Shown piece after piece: positions 60,117 to 64,000 of a stretch of DNA of 64,000 nucleotides; the stretch's first letter is position 1; every line of letters begins with the position of its first letter. The notes below the pieces were generated by a model. That model did not search any database and was not told the origin of the DNA. It saw only the letters and a list, made by a program, of their open reading frames with translations. A program made the translations under genes and the position numbers. Source of the stretch: an uncultured Chloroflexia bacterium (GTDB lineage Bacteria; Chloroflexota; Anaerolineae; CG2-30-64-16); contig CAVZDU010000001.1 in assembly GCA_963774265.1 (NCBI GenBank), positions 576,001 through 640,000 on the forward strand, written 5' to 3'.

Positions 60117-61346
60117 TTACCCCCGACCCGCGCCAACCCCAGCGATTTTTCCCGTCACCCACGCCCACAGGAAATTATACCCGCCAATCGGACCGAAGGC
60201 GTCGAGCATCTCGCCGCAGAAGTGCAGCCCCGGTGCAACCCGGCTCTCCAGCGTGGCCGGATCGACCTCGCCGAGTGGCACGCCGCCGCCGGTGACTTCC
60301 GCGACGCGATATCCCTCGTGGCCGGACCACGGCAGCGCGTAGTGCGTCAAGGCATCGATCAGCCGCTGGCGGTTTTCGCGTCGCAACTGACCAAGTTTCA
60401 CGCCGGTCAGATTGAGCTCGGCCAGCAGGAGGATGGCCAGTCGCTCGGGAAGATGCTGGCGCAAGACTGCGATCACAAAACCTGATCCCCCGCGTAGCGC
60501 CTCATCCCATCCCCCAGCGTCCAGGGTTGACCACTGAATGGAGACTACCGGCCGCGGTCCGCCAACAAAGGTGGACCGCGCAGCCACGTGAGAGATGTTC
60601 AATACGGCCGGGCCGCTGTAGCCGCGGTGTGTGAACAGGAAGCCGTCGCGATACGAAAGCTGGCCCTTGCCGTTCGGATGAGGCGCACTGATCCTGGCCG
60701 TAAGAGATACGCCCGCCAACTCCTTGTGTGCGTTATTGTTGGTGGTGAGCGGGGTCAACGCAGGGTAGGTTGGGATCAGCATGTGGCCAAGCGCCAGCGC
60801 CATGCGTAATCCCTCCCCGTCACTGCCTGTGCTCGGCACCGACAGGCCGCCGGTCGCCACGATCACCCGCCCGGCCGCAAGTGTCTCCCCTGATTCCAGC
60901 CGCACCAGCCAGTGGTCGCCCGCGGCCTCGACCGCGGTTGACCGGGCATGGAGTCGCAACGCGACGCCCCCGGCTTGGGCGGCCCCAAGCAAGGCATCCA
61001 GCACCGTACCCGCCCGGTTGGTGACGGGAAACAGCTTGCCGCTTTCCTCCTCGAGTGCCAGGGGCACGGCCAGGTCATCCTCGAAGAACCTGCGAACCTG
61101 CGCCAGCGGCCATGCGGCGAGGATCTTCCGCAGGGTGTTTGGCGAGCCGTCGGTGTGGTACTCGGCCGGTGAGATGCGCGACGGCAGGACATTGCACCGG
61201 CCGCCGCCACTGATAAGTATCTTTTGCCCTGGCTTGTCGGTGGCTTCCAATAGAATGACCGGCCGCGGTCCGCGGCCAGCCCAGATGGCGGCGGTCAACC
61301 CGGCCGCGCCGGCGCCGATAATGACAATGGGAAGCTGGTCCATCAT
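60117..61346 (-). CDS. HI0933/BaiN-family flavoprotein
   Basis: IIGAGAAG, KILISGGGRCN, ATGGLS.P.TGSDG, LFTH.GYSGP, VTGGGV, GEMLD..GPIGGYN. Confidence 0.92.
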   Translation of the reverse strand: MMDQLPIVIIGAGAAGLTAAIWAGRGPRPVILLEATDKPGQKILISGGGRCNVLPSRISPAEYHTDGSPNTLRKILAAWPLAQVRRFFEDDLAVPLALEEESGKLFPVTNRAGTVLDALLGAAQAGGVALRLHARSTAVEAAGDHWLVRLESGETLAAGRVIVATGGLSVPSTGSDGEGLRMALALGHMLIPTYPALTPLTTNNNAHKELAGVSLTARISAPHPNGKGQLSYRDGFLFTHRGYSGPAVLNISHVAARSTFVGGPRPVVSIQWSTLDAGGWDEALRGGSGFVIAVLRQHLPERLAILLLAELNLTGVKLGQLRRENRQRLIDALTHYALPWSGHEGYRVAEVTGGGVPLGEVDPATLESRVAPGLHFCGEMLDAFGPIGGYNFLWAWVTGKIAGVGAGRG

Positions 61347-62503
61347 CTCCCTTCGAGCGCGAGGTCGATCTCATCGCGCACGGTTTCATCAGTCTCAGCC
61401 GCAAGTGCCACGTGCAGCGCATCTGTCGCAGGGGCGCCGCCCAGCCGTCCCAGCGCCCACGCGGCGTGCGCTCGCACCAGGGGTTCGGTATCATGCAAGA
61501 GTGGGAGCAGGTGGGGGATCATGGCGGCGTCACCCGAATTGCCCGCTGCAACGCACGCATTGCGCACCAGCCCGCGGCGCTTTGCACGCAGGATCGGAGT
61601 GCCCTTGAAGGCCGTGTGAAACGCCGCTTCGTCCAGCGCCAGTAGTTTAACCAGCGGAATCGCCCCCTTCTCAGCCCCGGCGGGGTTTGGAACCCGCAAT
61701 CCGGCCATCGTGGCCTCCGGCGCAGCCCTGTTGTACGGACAAACTGCCTGGCATACGTCGCAGCCGAACACCCAATCCCCTACGAGCGGCCGCATATCTC
61801 GGGGGATCGGCCCGCGCAGCTCGATGGTCAGGTACGAGATGCAGCGCCGCGCGTCCAGGACGTGATCCGCAACGAAGGCCTTCGTGGGGCAAGCGTCGAG
61901 GCAGCGCGTGCAACTCCCGCAGCCGGCGAAGGAAGGCTGGCCCCCTTTGTGAGTCACCGCGCTCGCGAGCCTGGCCTCCAGTTCTTCGGGCACGAGCAAC
62001 GCCGCGACAAATGTCCAAGACCCCAGGCCGGGAGTGATCAGGCACGTGTTGCGCCCGGTGAATCCCAGCCCCGCCTGCTCCGCAAAATCCCGTTCGAGCA
62101 GTGGGGCCGAGTCAACGCATGCCTTCCCGAGTGACTCGCGGCCAGTTTGTTCTCGCAGGAGCGCGTCGAGCTTGAATAGCTGTGCCTTGATGACAGGGTG
62201 GTAGTCAACCGACCATGCGTAGCTGGCTATCCTTCCGTAAGTCCCCTCAGACCACGCAATGGGTGAGGCCGGCCGCGCGTAGTTGGCGAGAAGGACGATC
62301 ATGCTGGTCGCATCGGGCGCAAGAAGCTGTGGAGCCAGGCGCAAGGCTGCCCGCTGGGCCATGTACGCCATCTCGCCGTGGTAACCCGCTTCGAGCCACG
62401 CCCGATACGCGTCTCCAGTGCGCGGCACAGGGAGGGGCAGGGTCGCCGCCAGATCGAACCCCAGGGTCAGGGCGTAGCCAAGCGCTTCATCAGCCAGTGT
62501 CAT
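61343..62503 (-). CDS. queG: Epoxyqueuosine reductase
   Basis: GYHGEM.YM, IASYA..DYH, VDSAPLLER, CGSCTRCLDACPT, DARRCISYLTIE, FGCDVCQAVCP, HEAT tail. Confidence 0.93.
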   Translation of the reverse strand: MTLADEALGYALTLGFDLAATLPLPVPRTGDAYRAWLEAGYHGEMAYMAQRAALRLAPQLLAPDATSMIVLLANYARPASPIAWSEGTYGRIASYAWSVDYHPVIKAQLFKLDALLREQTGRESLGKACVDSAPLLERDFAEQAGLGFTGRNTCLITPGLGSWTFVAALLVPEELEARLASAVTHKGGQPSFAGCGSCTRCLDACPTKAFVADHVLDARRCISYLTIELRGPIPRDMRPLVGDWVFGCDVCQAVCPYNRAAPEATMAGLRVPNPAGAEKGAIPLVKLLALDEAAFHTAFKGTPILRAKRRGLVRNACVAAGNSGDAAMIPHLLPLLHDTEPLVRAHAAWALGRLGGAPATDALHVALAAETDETVRDEIDLALEGR

Positions 62504-62546
62504 CGTTGTGATTATAGCAGCCGCCGCGATAACCGTAAACCGCCCC

Positions 62547-62574
62547 TTTACTTTGCCCTGGTGCACGCTATAAT
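62547..62574 (+). promoter_or_regulatory. Promoter of the ECF/ABC genes
   Basis: TTTACT-16 nt-TATAAT. Confidence 0.5.
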
Positions 62575-62611
62575 TGCTTCATATCGGCATCCATAAGAAA
62601 AAGGGAATCCT

Positions 62612-63139
62612 ATGAACAAACGTCTCACTCCTGCAATGATCGGCCTTTTGGCCGTCCTGATTGCATTGACCGCGGTCTTCACACTGCTGATTCGGGTTCC
62701 CACCCCAGCGCGCGGTTACGTGAATCTCTCTGATGTCGCGATCACCTTTGCCGGGCTGGCGTTCGGCCCCTGGGTCGGTGCGATCGCAGGCGGTGTCGGC
62801 ACCGCGCTGGCTGATCTGCTCGGCGGGTTTGCGCCTTACGCACCCATCAGCCTGGTCGCACATGGTCTCCAGGGCCTGCTGGTCGGGTTGATCGGTCACC
62901 GCCAGCGCAGCGTGCCCCGTATGATCCTCGCCTGGTTGGCCGGCGCGGTCGCTATGTTGGCCGGTTATCTCCTGGGGGGCGCCCTCTACGTCGGTCTGCC
63001 GACCGCGCTTCTGGAGGTCCCTCTCAATGCATTCCAGACTATCGTTGGAGCCCTTGTGGGCATCCCACTGGTGTTCGCCGTGCGCAGGGCTTATCCGGCG
63101 GTGGATCGCCTGGGTCAGCGGCAGACGTGGACCGAGTAG
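62612..63139 (+). CDS. ECF transporter S component
   Basis: IRVPTPARGYVNLSD, GAIAGGVGTALADL, HGLQG. Confidence 0.88.
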   Translation: MNKRLTPAMIGLLAVLIALTAVFTLLIRVPTPARGYVNLSDVAITFAGLAFGPWVGAIAGGVGTALADLLGGFAPYAPISLVAHGLQGLLVGLIGHRQRSVPRMILAWLAGAVAMLAGYLLGGALYVGLPTALLEVPLNAFQTIVGALVGIPLVFAVRRAYPAVDRLGQRQTWTE

Positions 63140-63165
63140 CAGCAGCCGAAGCAAGCGCGCGAACG

Positions 63166-63963
63166 ATGGTCGAGGTGCGCGACCTGACCTTCGCATATGG
63201 CGATGGGTTGCCGGTGTTCGACAACTTTTCGTGGGCCGTTCAAACTGGTGAGGCGTGGGCCCTGATCGGTCCGTCGGGCTGCGGCAAGAGCACCCTGCTT
63301 TATCTGATCGCCGGCCTGCGCCAGCCCAAAGGGGGCCGCATCCTCGTGGACGGCCATCCCGTGCCGCGGCCGCGCGCCAGCACAGGCCTGATCCTGCAAG
63401 ACTACGGTCTATTGCCCTGGGCGACAGTCTGGGAGAACGTGGCACTGCCGATGCGCCTGGGTCAGTTCTATCGGGGTAAGGGTGATGAAGGGGACCCTGA
63501 GCGCCCCTACCCGCGCACTGATATCGTGCCGGAGCAGGTCGACGAATGGCTCGCGCGCCTGGGCATCGCGGATCAGCGCAGCAAGTATCCCGGGCAGCTC
63601 AGCGGGGGGCAGCGCCAGCGCGCCGCAATTGCGCGCAGCCTCCTCCAGCAGCCGAACCTGCTGCTCATGGACGAACCGTTTTCATCCCTCGACGCGGTCA
63701 CGCGCGAGGATCTCCAGCTCCTCACCGCTGAGCTGCGAGAAGAGACAGGGGTCACGACACTGGTGGTGACTCACACCATCGAAGAGGCCGCGTTTCTCGG
63801 CCGCCGCATCCTGGTCCTGAATAAGCCGCCCAACGCCCGGCCGCGCATCGTGGACAATGCGGGTGCAGGCGACCCGGCCTATCGCGGCCAACCCGCGTTC
63901 TGGGCCAAGGTGGCCGAGCTGCGCGCGCTGCTCGGTGCAGAGGCCGGCGAGAGGAGCGCGTGA
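63166..63963 (+). CDS. ABC ATPase, NitT/TauT family
   Basis: GPSGCGKSTLL, LLPWATVWENV, LSGGQRQR, LMDEPFSSLD, VTHTIEEA. Confidence 0.92.
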   Translation: MVEVRDLTFAYGDGLPVFDNFSWAVQTGEAWALIGPSGCGKSTLLYLIAGLRQPKGGRILVDGHPVPRPRASTGLILQDYGLLPWATVWENVALPMRLGQFYRGKGDEGDPERPYPRTDIVPEQVDEWLARLGIADQRSKYPGQLSGGQRQRAAIARSLLQQPNLLLMDEPFSSLDAVTREDLQLLTAELREETGVTTLVVTHTIEEAAFLGRRILVLNKPPNARPRIVDNAGAGDPAYRGQPAFWAKVAELRALLGAEAGERSA

Positions 63964-64000
63964 TGCGGCGCCGCGATCTCCTGCTCGGCTCTCTCGCCCT
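63963..64000 (+). CDS. Start of a probable ABC permease (truncated by window edge)
   Basis: TGATG stop/start overlap; MRRRDLLLGSLA. Confidence 0.5.
   Translation, partial: MRRRDLLLGSLA

Noticed and set aside
1-64000. tRNA or rRNA genes
   Set aside because: No cloverleaf/T-loop or rRNA-like segments were recognised in the intergenic gaps by eye; tRNAscan-SE and barrnap were not run.

Overview
High-GC bacterial chromosomal segment, most likely Chloroflexota (Anaerolineae/Caldilineae-like). That assignment is inferred from the GAAC-N4-GTTC LexA box and from the gene content. About 16 otherwise intact genes carry single frame breaks, which most likely reflects indel errors in the assembly. Housekeeping content: rpoD-family sigma, infA, rpsU, rsmI, lexA, mpg, murJ, rarA, SUI1/yciH, rsfS, ndk, photolyase, queG, and a perfect parS site suggesting the window is near the origin. 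Accessory content: (i) a 2660-aa secreted protein with a dockerin-like module, about 50 DxDxDG Ca-binding repeats, two CBM-like domains and a ~900-aa beta-rich tail, followed directly by a secreted cohesin-like protein, a candidate non-cellulosomal dockerin-cohesin surface complex; (ii) a ~50-bp REP/REPIN-like palindromic repeat family, with one copy in frame inside the photolyase gene and half-copies flanking a VapBC module and a small membrane-protein gene; (iii) a lower-GC island with a NotI-like endonuclease and a DUF1156-like methyltransferase; (iv) a 17-kb catabolic operon with two HyuA/HyuB pairs, a racemase, EthD-like and GpsA-like genes, a peptide-type ABC transporter and two XRE-cupin regulators. 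Also present are a long structured rpsU leader, several apparently leaderless genes and an unannotated 47-aa membrane peptide. All family assignments come from motif recognition by eye; no database searches were run.
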